Source: Balanoglossus misakiensis (Eukaryota > Animalia > Hemichordata). From it: a DNA stretch of 64,000 nucleotides. Both the position numbers and the translations under genes were made by a program. The notes beneath the pieces are model-generated. The model made no database searches and was not told where the DNA came from. It worked only from the letters and a program-made list of their open reading frames with translations. The stretch spans positions 7,430,047 through 7,494,046 of the forward strand of contig CM082591.2 of NCBI GenBank assembly GCA_040954595.2. Direction: 5' to 3'. Numbering within the stretch: position 1 is the stretch's first letter; every line of letters begins with the position of its first letter. Shown piece after piece: positions 23,501 through 34,266 of this stretch.

Positions 23501-25974
23501 TTCTAAAACAGGTATGTGCATTTCATCTCAGTGTCGGAAAATACCAGTTGAATACATGTGTTGATAATAAGGGACCAGTTGATTCAAAACTTCAAGTAAA
23601 ATTAATGTCTAAGTCATCTCTCCACTACAGGAAGTAAAGAGATATCTGAGGATACAAAGGGAGCCAGTGTTTCAACAGAACCTTCTAAAACAGGTATGTG
23701 CATTTCATCTCAGTGTCGGAAAATACCAGTTGAATACATGTGTTGATAATAAGGGATCAGTGTATTCAAAACTTCAAGTAAAATTAATGTCTAAGTCATC
23801 TCTCCACTACAGGAAGTAAAGAGATATCTGAGGATACAAAGGGAGCCAGTGTTTCAACAGAACCTTCTAAAACAGGTATGTGCATTTCATCTCAGTGTCG
23901 GAAAATACCAGTTGAATACATGTGTTGATAATAAGGGACCAGTTGATTCAAAACTTCAAGTAAAATTAATGTCTAAGTAATCTCTCCACTACAGGAAGTA
24001 AAGAGATATCTGAGGATACAAAGGGAGCCAGTGTTTCAACAGAACATTCTAAAACAGGTATGTGCATTTCATCTCAGTGTTGGAAAATACCAGTTGAATA
24101 CATGTGTTGATAATAAGGGACCAGCTGATTCAAAACATATAGTTTCAGAAATTGATGTTTGTCTGCAGGTTTCTTGGAACTGAAAAACTACATGATTAAG
24201 GTAGGCAATGATCCTTGAGACATTGTTCAAGAATTGTGATGTAAGAAGTGCCAATTCCAAAATTATAAGGCAAAGATTATTCCTGTACTGATCTGTTAAG
24301 ATGTGTTACCATGACAACAATACCTGTCACTAAATCCAGAGTTAAGTTGAATAGGAATATTTTTCATTTCTTACAAAGACTCTCAATAAAGTGATAATTT
24401 CAGGTAATATTGCTGTTACTCGTTATAAAAAATAGAAATGGCAACTGATATTGGCATTTTGTCCAGTTTCCATGGTTACTTGAAATAAAAAAATGGGTAC
24501 ATATAGATTACTTTGGTAGAAATATATCATGGCAATACTTGACCTCGTTAAATTTGTAAAAAAAGTTTAAAGTTAAATTAAAACACTAACTTTAAAACAT
24601 TGCCAATGTTTTACAAAATACTTTGAGGTTCAGTTGTCATGGTTACCAGTGAATAATGCTACCATCTTACATTTTTTCCTGAAAATAATGGACCAAAGAA
24701 TTATCCCTGAAACTAAGTTCAAGAATTTTTATGAAATGTCTACAAGGTCAAAAGTTACAAGAAAAAGATTATTTTTGAACTGATTTCTTCAAATGTGTTA
24801 CCATGGCAACATCAATGTTAGTATTTCTATATTGAATGGATAAATAAAAGTCTTTCATGCATTTTATAATAAGCTGTCAAAAAGAGACAAAGTAAATTTC
24901 CTCCTAGCTATTGCAGAGAGAAAGAAAAAGTTCAAGAAACTCATGGTTACTCTGGTTGCCATGGTTATTTGTCTTTGTAAACACGGTGTAGAGAAACTGC
25001 CCTTTAGTAGTTCAGTTGCCAAAGCAATGATTCGTTTCTTTTTAAATATGTTTTATCTTGTTAAAATGAACAATAAAACGTACACTTACTAGCATTTATT
25101 TCCTAATGCATTTCAATACAGCATGTTTGACCTTTGACCTCTGTTTCACCTAACAGGTCACTGGTCAGTGAGGACACTGGATGGCCAAAGTCCAAAGCCA
25201 GGGCGAAAGTTTGAAGACCCAAGAGGTATGGTGTTCCATGGTGACAAACTGGTGGTGTGTGACTCAGGCAACAGGGTTGTACAGATACTGAATCAAGATT
25301 ACACCTGTGACAAAGTCTTGGGAAGTTTTGATGGTCAGTTTGCAAAGCCATTCCAGCCACGGGATGTAGCTGTCTCCCATGACAACATCTACTTCATAAG
25401 TGATGGTGGAAATTCTCAAATTGTTGTTTGTGATCAAAACAATAAAATTCTTAGAATAATTACTCTACCTGCAGGCGTCGATGTCTGTGGCATCGCTCTA
25501 CTGAATGGATTTGTTTTGGTCACTGAGGTCAAAGGTCATCGGCTAATCAAGTACACCCAAGATTGTCAGTATTGGGCAGATGTTGGTGGTTGGGGTGGTG
25601 GGCAAACACAATTCGATTTCCCATACTCTGTGGTGGTCAACAGTAAGAATGTCATCATGGTGTCTGACTGGTACAATGACTGCATCAAGTGTTTTGATGC
25701 TGAATTGAAATTCTTGTATCAATTTGGTGTGTGGGGTTCAGGTCCTGGTCAGCTGTTGGGTCCACGCAGCATTGACGTCGATGACGACGATAATTTGTAT
25801 GTGTGTGATTGGGGGAATGCTAGGATTGTGAAATGGAGATTTGATGGAAAGTGGATCTGTCACTTATTTGAAGGGGAGGTGGGATACCCTGAGTTCCTTG
25901 CAGTCAGCGGTGACAGAATTGCTGTTAAAGAATATGGCAGCGACCAAATCAAAGTATTCTACAAGCAGACATAA
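5993..25974 (+). CDS. Gene copy 1: GT-repeat / GT4-like glycosyltransferase / TRADD-N-like / coiled-coil / microexon linker / NHL protein (~2028 aa from the ATA at 5993)
   Basis: Frame-consistent GT-AG exons: 5993-8519, 8987-9451, 9704-9780, 10049-10127, 10530-10793, 20203-20754, 20909-21181, 21369-21518, fourteen 63-nt exons (starts 21632, 21814, 21996, 22178, 22359, 22541, 22723, 22904, 23086, 23268, 23449, 23631, 23813, 23995), 25157-25974. Total 6087 nt, divisible by 3. Start uncertain (ATA where copy 2 has ATG). Confidence 0.8.
8987..9451 (+). CDS. Exon 2, TRADD-N-like domain (putative)
   Basis: cccatag| and |gtaaga splice sites, phase 1/1; peptide [24 protein letters not shown]...[14 protein letters not shown] resembles the GS-hydrophobic-strand/helix pattern of TRADD-like N domains. 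Confidence 0.6.
10530..10793 (+). CDS. Exon 5 (unknown ~88-aa region), copy 1
   Basis: ttttgcag| acceptor, tcag|gtaatt donor, open frame; peptide identical in copy 2 (38804-39067). Confidence 0.7.
10955..11836 (-). repeat. 3' LTR, copy 1
   Basis: Direct repeat of 19235-20123; TGTGA...CCACA ends. Confidence 0.95.
11947..18600 (-). pseudogene. BEL/Pao gag-pol pseudogene (gag ~16850-18600, Zn knuckle/protease 15680-16813, RT/RNase H 14276-15664, integrase 11947-13713)
   Basis: CFRCLNTGH knuckle, ALLDTQSD protease site, FYVDDGL RT, DCFGPF and CDRGSNF integrase; broken by frameshifts in gag, TAG at 15680-15682, stops near 12290 and a 562-bp insertion. Confidence 0.9.
13714..14271 (+). mobile_element. 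Non-autonomous element with 5' hairpin (Crypton-like) nested in pol, copy 1 only
   Basis: Absent from copy 2 (empty site GATTCTTTAATTCTTTG near 42001-42017); TAAT at both junctions; ~145-bp hairpin AGCAATAACCCCCG...CGGGGGTTATTGCT at 13716-13858; no TIRs. Confidence 0.75.
19235..20123 (-). repeat. 5' LTR, copy 1
   Basis: Direct repeat of 10955-11836, followed by the GTGTG target duplication. Confidence 0.95.
20203..20754 (+). CDS. Exon 6, coiled-coil region, copy 1
   Basis: atttcag| and caag|gtgaga splice sites; L/E/K/Q-rich heptad-like peptide. Confidence 0.8.
20909..21181 (+). CDS. Exon 7, low-complexity E/K/T-rich linker, copy 1
   Basis: tttgtag| and aaag|gtacac splice sites, phase 1/1. 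Confidence 0.7.
21456..24135 (+). repeat. 181-182-bp tandem array; each unit is a 63-nt microexon plus a ~119-nt intron (14 microexons)
   Basis: Unit ...ctctccactacag|GAAGTAAAGAGATATCTGAGGATACAAAGGGAGCCAGTGTTTCAACAGAACCTTCTAAAACAG|gtatgt; encodes [15 protein letters not shown](T/A)(E/K)PSKT. Confidence 0.92.
25157..25974 (+). CDS. Terminal exon, NHL-repeat beta-propeller, copy 1
   Basis: cctaacag| acceptor; repeated F..P.G/D.A / VCD.GN.R.. motifs (FEDPRGM, FQPRDVAV, FDFPYSVVV, LLGPRSIDV), as in TRIM-NHL propellers; TAA stop. Confidence 0.88.
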
Positions 25975-26568
25975 ACATCACCATGAAATACATGTCAATG
26001 CAACATCAAAAACTGTGAAATTTGGGAGAAAATTTAGAGGCTGTGGCAATAAATTTACGAATTTACGTAAAGGACTCGCCCCTGCAGGCTAATAGCCATA
26101 GCCTACAAATGAGAGTCATCTGTTCTCCAATAGTGCTAAATCAAGGGAAACCCTTGTAAAAATGACTGGGGAAAATCAGTAACATTCACCAGGGTACTGT
26201 CATTAAACATTTGCATTCATTTCTGATGATGATCAAGTATCCCTCCACTGTACTACCAATATGTTGTTGATTCTGGAAAATTTGTCGATGGACAGGCCAA
26301 AATGTTTGGATGAAACCATGCACTCAAATGCACTGACATGATCAACCAATGAACATACAACCTAAAATTTAAGGAATAAACAACAGACAATAATAGTAGG
26401 TAGATAGTGTAGATTTATTGATATACAAACACTAGTATGAAAAATGGACAACTTTACACTGTTACACACAAGAAAATTGTCATTTCATACAATTTGGGGG
26501 AATTTTTCATTGTATTGGCCCTTTTGAATATATATTAAGATGAACGTTTTATTGAGTCTCTTTATTTA

Positions 26569-26571
<3 letters not shown>

Positions 26572-26611
<40 letters not shown>

Positions 26612-26970
26612 TGATTAGTGGTCTTTATTCAGTATTTCTAGGCCATCGGCCCAACATACTTCATATTTTAGTCAAACAAGTACAGAAAAAAATGACAGGA
26701 AAATAATATTTACAAACACTCAAAATAAGTCCATATCATGTATTTCCTTTCTCACTTTCATAGCATGGAAAGTGAAAGCTGCTAGACGTTGTAGTGTATC
26801 TGGATCCTCAGTTGTCATTAAACAAATAAACTTTCTTTCCGTTGGTGGATTAAAATAATAATGGGGAATATACTTCATCCTCATGTTTTCAAAAAAAATA
26901 CAGAATAAAACAAAATGACATTCGTTTTCAACTTCACTTTTGTTACACATCAAACATACTCAGTTTTCTT
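26572..26970 (-). mobile_element. LINE 3' fragment (RTE-X/L1-like ORF2 zinc knuckle) with poly(A) tail
   Basis: Poly-T at 26572-26609 and AATAAA on the minus strand; CLMCNKSEVENECHFVLFC (CCHC) ORF end; absent from the paralogous region near 53790. Confidence 0.75.
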
Positions 26971-29900
26971 ATATATGTACTACAAAATATAATGTCTTAT
27001 ATAGAAGTCTTATGATACTCTAGCATTGCTTTCTTTGTTTGTTTGTTTTTAGTTGATATTTTTGTAACTAAAATGTACATAGTCAGTAAACAATCAGTAA
27101 GTTGTCTATTGTGTTATTTTGTGTTTTTATTGTAAATAATCACATTCTGTTTGTGTTTACTTTATTTTTTGAATTTGTTTAAACTTTTAATGTAGTTGAA
27201 TGTTTAGCTGGGAAAATGCATCTGTATATGGCACCTTGACTTCATCAATAGCCATAATTTAATGGCTGAAAGTCGTGTTACTACTGTTAAGTCATTTTAT
27301 TGAATGCAAGAATTTATGATGGAATTGGACGTTTGTGAATCCCATGGTTGACAGCCAGGTCAGCACATTTTCATGATTGACAATATATATAGTAGTACCT
27401 ATTTTTAATAGTTATGTAGGTCTCTTACACTAGTAAATGAGTCAGTTTGCAACATATATCTACATGTAATAAATGGGAATGTGATAAATTTAACACCTGT
27501 GTTTTGATTTCAATTAATTGAAGGTAATTATTATCCCCCCTCAGGTGACAGACTTCAATCCTTTTATGGCAAAGTACAATTAATCAAAACCTTTATTGTT
27601 TACATTTATGAAAGAGACCAGGCACCTATGATTTGCTGGAATATGTGAATATTTCAGGTACTACTTGATTCATTGCAAAAAATAAACCATTAATACTATA
27701 CTTGTTGGTATTATTCATACCTGTTGTTGTCAATTCGGAAATTAACTACATTTTACTTTGTTTGCAGTGACACAGTTAAAGTTGACCTTATTTGACCTTC
27801 CCCTAGTGACATAGGCTGTCAACAAATCTCAAAGTGAAACTGAAAAACAATTTCTACTTTAAGTTGAGCAGACGGCAACAAAATTCCAATCACTAAAGAA
27901 TATCAAAAACTTTAGTATAAGGTACTAATAACTCTTGAGTTTATGAAGCTGCAGGGCATTTTTTTCAAAGGTTTTTATATTTGAATAGCTGACATGTTGT
28001 CAATGGAGACTGGCAATTGAACTTTGACAGTGTCTGGATCTCGACTGTGTTGGGCCACTGTAAGTAAACTCTTTGTTTTGCACCCTCATGCACATCGTTT
28101 TTGGTTTCTTTTGTTTTTAGAAGATTTTTGACAAAGACATGTTTTTCTGACCAGATAACTCTGTTACAAATTATACATAATTTGTTCAAATCACCTGCAA
28201 AGTTGGGGTGTATGTGTTATGAACAATGAAGTTGAAAAGTACTACTTTGATTCTTGAATGAATACTTCTCTGACAAGGATCTAAAATATATAAATTCCAT
28301 GTACTGTATAAAATTTCCTGTTTTTGTTTTTCGATCACTTATCCATAAATCTTTCAAAACTTTGAGTGGAAGCAAAACAAAGAAATCACTTTCTTTGGCC
28401 TTATTTTACAGATCACATGACAAGCATTGTGTTAGCTCCAAGGTACTCAAGGCCACTCACTGGAACTTTTCTGCAGTTTTTTTTTCTCCTGGTGAACACC
28501 AACTTCCTTGTATAATTTGAGGATTCCTACATTTATTAGTGTACCTGGATTGAAGCTCTAACATGTGAAGGAATCAACCACTCTTTTACAACCGTGTTTT
28601 GAGGTATGTTATACAGTGGAGCTGGTGATTGTCTTGATTTTTAAGGGAACACATTGAATACATACATATAAATGACGTGTTGTAAATGGGTGGTGGCAAA
28701 GAGATTCCAAACTCTGATATCACATCTACAGCACAGGTATGTGACAAGTACTGAGCAGCTCGTACGGTAATCGATCGGAACCAAACTCTGGGATTTCTCC
28801 TCTTTTTGCCAGTGGGAGCTACTCTAGCTTTGTATGGATCAAATGGATTGAAACTCTAACTTCTGAAGGAATCAACCTCTCTGTTACTACATTACTAGGT
28901 ATGTGTGATTTATTGTCTCGAAATTCTTTCAGTCCTCAAACTCATCGACTTCTTCATATAACAGAAACACACCCTAAAAAAGAATTCTATTGAAAATAAG
29001 TCACTAACACTTTTCTTGATTTGAATTCATGGGTCTGAAAAATGTCTATGATTCATAAATGTAAAAACTTAAAGGGACAATTATTTTCACCAACCTGGTA
29101 CACCATGGGTTATACAACAGTTTTTTTTTGCTTGGAGATATCCAGACTGCAAACTGGTATATATCACATGACAACCACAAGCAGTACGGTACTGACATGT
29201 AAGCCTACAATCTGACTGAAATCAGATGTAGGGAACGGCGACATGGTTTTCTATCCATCCAAAGCTAGAGTAGCTCCCACTGGCAAAAAAACACGTCGCC
29301 CTTCCCTACATCTGATTTTAATCAAATTGGTAAGCCTATAGAACCAAACTCAAAGACATGATTTTGCCAAGTGAGCACTAACTTTCACTACAATTTGTGG
29401 AGATTGTACATTTATAAATGTAGGATTCCATGCCTTATGAGAAAATTGTCCACTTTTTTACAGACCTAAGTTGGTAGAGTGTTTTATTGACAGAAGTGAT
29501 CATTTCAACAGCGGCCTACCCCTCATATTCAATGCCTCCTAATAAGTTTTGGTATCACAGAGCGAATTCTATCTAAAATGAAATTCTACTTTAACTCTAC
29601 TTTGAAATTCTGTTGACCACTGTAAGATTGAGACAATTTGTTGTGGTCTGGTTTTACACAGACTGTGACCTCATTTGACCTTTAGGGAGCTGTCTTTATA
29701 TACAATGTCACATCACATATACCCTACATCCACTGAAGCAACTGCATTTAATTTGTCCATTCTTTAAAAAGTGATACAAATGACACACCGTCACACCATC
29801 ACCACAATTACTGGTCGACTTCTCATTAAAGGCACATAAGCTGCAACTTTTGGGATAATTATCATAATATTTGTTTCAAACTGAACTACCATTAGTCCAT

Positions 29901-30346
29901 GCAGATGAATGCAGTGAACTATACACATGCATTATAAACCCTAAATATGAGTGCATGCAAGTTATGCCGCAAGCAACAATGGCCGCGACCGTGGGAAAAT
30001 GCAAGAAACAATGAAAATGTTGCATTTCTAGTAATGAAACTTCATAAACAAAACATGATCTCATCCACATGAGCTCATGGAAGTAAATGTACACTGCTGA
30101 AACATTATATTTTCCTTTTGCATTGTTATACAAATGTATTGCACTTTTGTAAAAATTGCAGGAATTTTTGTTTTTCTTTAATTTCTGGCCATTTTGTCAT
30201 AAATAAGTGTTGAGCTTGATATATTATCATGAAATATCGTTTTATAAAATAATAGATATAATTTAAAGCATATATGAGATTATTTAAAACTTTAATTTTT
30301 TTATCCAGTTTCAGCTCATTTACCTTTAATAACAAATTTCCTTTAA

Positions 30347-31844
30347 CACTTTCGCTGCGGGAGGGCATTTTCTGCGCCGGCAGTCAGAATGCGGGAGGCG
30401 CATAAATGCGCCAAGATCGCGTCCGTTACTTGGTCTGTTCTATTTTATGTTCGTTGCTTATTTACTCATTTTGTATGACTATATATAGGACAGGTGTCAA
30501 CCCTAATTGAGCATGCGCATATGTATTGTAAACAATCAAGTCGATTTTGTCATCAAAGGGTTTCCTTATACAGCTGATTTTAGGTCGCCCCGATCATATT
30601 TTTTCATTCACTTGGTATTTAAAAATGGCGACATGGGCAAAGTTTGATGCCGACAAAGTTCTTGAACAAGTCTTTCAGGATAGTGACAGCGATCATAGCG
30701 ATAGCGGAAGCCAAATTACGGACAACAACATCATAGAACCAGAAATAGAAGCCAGACACGGAGACAACAGAGTAGAGACAGAGAGAGAGGGAGGGTTTTT
30801 GTCATGTTCTCGGACGTCGTAACGTTGATGGTGACACGCGGTGGGTTTTGTATGACGTAAATGACAATTACACACCGGACTGGTTGTCTGTATACGATCG
30901 TCGCTAAGGTTTATTAGTTGACACTGATGACTTTGCACCGGTTGACTTTTTTCAGCTGTTCTTTCCTGGTGATGTGTTTGAGTTGATGTCATTGTCAGAG
31001 CAAACTGATATGTACACCGCACAATTTTTTGACAACCCTGCAATTGATGAGTTGCCCTTCCGGTCAAGATTTCGCTAGATGCCTACTTCACTGAATTAAA
31101 TGAAGGCGTAGGTTTCTTTGCAAATCTTGATGGGACTTTGCCAGAAGTCTATGTTGTCAGAGTATTATATCCATTTGAAATGAATTGCCAAAACAGTACT
31201 ATGCTAATGATTTTTTTTTAAATGTGTGTATATTCATATTTACCAACCTTGATTTCTTCAACTTGCAATTCATTAAAACGTAGAGTATTTAATAAATTAC
31301 TTAATTAATTTATTTTATTATTATTATTTATTTACAAGTTCAATCATTCACCTTTTCACTAATAATCTATATTTCTTTCTCAGATTTTAAACATGTATAC
31401 ATGTAAATGGTGGGCATGATTTGATAATTGTTTTTATGGTCCATTAATAAATTTGATCAAATTTCTTGCTCAAAAGTCACTTGTTATTCCCTTTTATACA
31501 GGGGGAAGTTGTTTTTGACTATGTTTGTCTGTCAGCTGTGATACAATGAATTAAATACAGTATTTCAGTCACTTATATTACAATATCTGTTGTTTTTACC
31601 ATATTTCGACAGAAATCCATTATGGCTGCCAGTGTCACATGACCAATTAATGGTCATGTGACCATTTTTCAGTTTTATTATGTTGGTTGTCTTATAAAAT
31701 ATACTTGCTGGAAATATCATTGCATATACTTTCATATTACAAGAGATAGAGAGGGTAAAGTAAAACATTGTTTATTAGTTAAATTTACCATAGGAAACTA
31801 CGCACAGGAATACATTAGCATATATTAACTACGCAGTGAAAGTG
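30347..31844 (+). mobile_element. piggyBac-family deletion derivative (~1.5 kb), copy 2 only
   Basis: TTAA on both sides (30343-30346, 31845-31848); TIR CACTTTC(G/A)CTGCG; remnant of a transposase N-terminus (MATWAKFDADKVLEQVFQDSDSD...; APVDFFQLFFPGDVFELM); empty TTAA at 4098-4101. Confidence 0.85.
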
Positions 31845-31848
31845 TTAA

Positions 31849-33010
31849 AGGGCGGGTATCGTCAGGTATGGGGGCGTTGTTGCGTGGGACTCACTAGCAA
31901 CGTGACGAGCTCAGAAACCCCATAATTCTGTGGGAATATCAAACTCTCTAAAATGGCCGCCAAACCCCTCGCTAAAACTACTAAAAGCTTTATTTGAGGA
32001 TTCTTACACTCTTTGGAATGACAAATAACTCGTAAACAATGATCACCATTCAAATTCTGAATTTACAGCAGAAATTTCAGTGCCGATTGCTCTTCTGAAT
32101 GTTTGCGAGAGAAGCCTATGTATCGCACGGTGTCCAGCACTTCTGTCCAAGCTGGCCCTGGAAGAGAGAAGAAACTTTGCTATATACGGTGTTCGACGGG
32201 AAAGAAATTGTAATCAACCGAGAAGAAAACTCGGATTGGCAGCGATAATTGCTAGCTATTGCTCAGGTGCGGATATAGGCCTACAATAGGCGGTCAGATC
32301 AGCGATGATTTGCGCCAGCAAAAACAAATAAATGTATTGTATTAATACATCGACAAAGAACTGAGCTAAGGTTTATAACAATGTGTGATTTAAGTCCGTA
32401 GCGAGGTCGAATTTGTTGTTTGCCGTCTTTGGTGTCAGCCGATTTCATTTATACGAGCTGTTTTCTCTCGTATTCGCTACGTACTACACGGGCATATATC
32501 GATCACCATAAAATTGTGCCGCAAAATAAAGGCGCATCGTCAGAAATATAGGAAACTTTCCAGATGAACTGTTTAATAGCGGGCGGTTTGTCACTAAAAA
32601 AACATTTTGGTTCATGATCAACTTCAGTGTGAAGCACAAGGCTGATTGTGGAGACTAAGCTCTGTGCGTGTCAGGGCTGTGTGTCGTACGGCCGATACCT
32701 TCACCACAGCCAGCCCTGCTCACTCAAAATACCGGGCAAAGCTGGCGATTCCTGACCGATCTTTTGGCAGTGATTTCGACTAGAATTTCCCTCTCTGAAT
32801 CAAAACTTGTGGACCGATAACGGTTACCGAGCAATTTACCTCATCCATACGGGACAACAAAACGCCTCACAACTTGTACAACGGCCCCTTTTTGGACTTT
32901 ATGCGAGAGAAACCACGGCCATCTAGTTCTAGCTCGCGCACAAGTTCTGCAGTGCATTATAGGTAAAGTAATGTTTATCAACAAAGGCTAAATCGGGACG
33001 ATACCCGCCT
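31849..33010. mobile_element. Kolobok-like non-autonomous element, copy 2
   Basis: AGGGCGGGTATCGTC...GACGATACCCGCCT TIRs; paralog of 4102-5377 with internal deletions. Confidence 0.6.
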
Positions 33011-33014
33011 TTTA

Positions 33015-33968
33015 TTGTGGCACTGTGTTATGGTCCTGGACAACGACTGACTATTGGCCAGTGTGCACCATGGGACCAAAATAAAAAGCAAAATTTTGGG
33101 GTCACCTGTGACACCTGCTTATGTGCATACCTAATTCCAAGCTAACCAATAGGGCTAGACATTTGGTTTTTGTTGGACATGGACAAGTATGAGGTCCAAA
33201 TTTTTTGCCCAAGTTTTGGGTGACCTCAGTTGACCTTTTACCTACTTTCCCATATCTTGGCATCCAGAGCAGGTACACCCTTGGTGTTTGGAGGAATGGG
33301 ACCATAATGAAATGCCAAATTCAGGGGTCACCTGTGACACCTGTTTAACTCATTAATTATGTTCCTACCTAATTCCAGCCCAACCAATAGGGCTAGTGTA
33401 GTATCCTGAACACTGTTGACCTTGACCCGAGTTACCCAGAATTCCGTATGTTGTTGTTGCTGCCCTTCCATGGGGGACATCTTGTGTTCACATGAATAAA
33501 GTGTTATTAATCTGTTAACATCACGTGTATCATTGGCCATCTACGTGGACACTATAGCTAGACGTCTGGTTTTTGTTGCACATGGACAAATATGGAATCA
33601 AAAATTGTTGTGCAATGTTGGGTGACCTCAGGTGACCTTTGACCTACTTTCACAAATCTCGGCTTCCACAGCAGGTACAGCCTAGGCATTTGGAGGGATG
33701 GAACACTGAATTCAGTCTTACACTTTACATCATTAATTATGCACATACCTAATTCCAGCCTAACAAATAGGGCTAGAGGAGTGGTTTTTGTTTGACATAG
33801 ACCAGTATAGGGTCAAACATTATTGCCTACAATTTTTGTGACCTCTATGACCTTCTTTCTCATATCTTAGCATCCACAGCAGATACAACATTGAAACTTG
33901 ATGCAATGGATTTGTCATGATTATCTCTATTTGCTTGGGCCCCTTCAATGCTGCTTGCAGCTTTCATT
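33015..33968. repeat. Modular interspersed repeat (shorter version at ~5395-5730)
   Basis: Recurrent blocks GGGGTCACCTGTGACACCTG and CCTAATTCCAG...CCAATAGGGCTAG; ends in GCTTGGGCCCCTTCAATGCTGCTTGCAGCTTT. Confidence 0.5.
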
Positions 33969-34266
33969 AATAACAAATTTGCTTTGACTGAAATACAAAT
34001 GCTTTCAAGTAACAGGTATTTACTGCACAATACTGGTAATCAATCACAGGCACAGCCTAAGATAAAGAAATACAATTGAATTCCTTTCTAGAAATAAACA
34101 AGAGTCGTCAACATACAGTACATGTTGACAAGTAATTCACAGGAAAATAAGAAATCCTCCAGCCCCACCCTGGAAGTAAATTCTGGACAGTCCCTAAGTC
34201 ACAGTCTTATGTTTACATTCAACTATACCTCGGTACAATATATTTCTTCCCAGCAGGAATATAAAT

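Noticed and set aside
21456-24135. CRISPR array or plain satellite
   Set aside because: There are no unique spacers and no cas genes, the context is eukaryotic, and the units carry splice signals around an open 63-nt frame
14177-25974. Diversity-generating retroelement (RT near a variable beta-propeller)
   Set aside because: The RT belongs to a dead BEL/Pao element with LTRs, no template repeat was found, and NHL substitutions are not adenine-specific
26048-26053. AATAAA as the poly(A) signal of copy 1
   Set aside because: Not conserved in copy 2 (GATAAA), and the hexamer is common in AT-rich DNA
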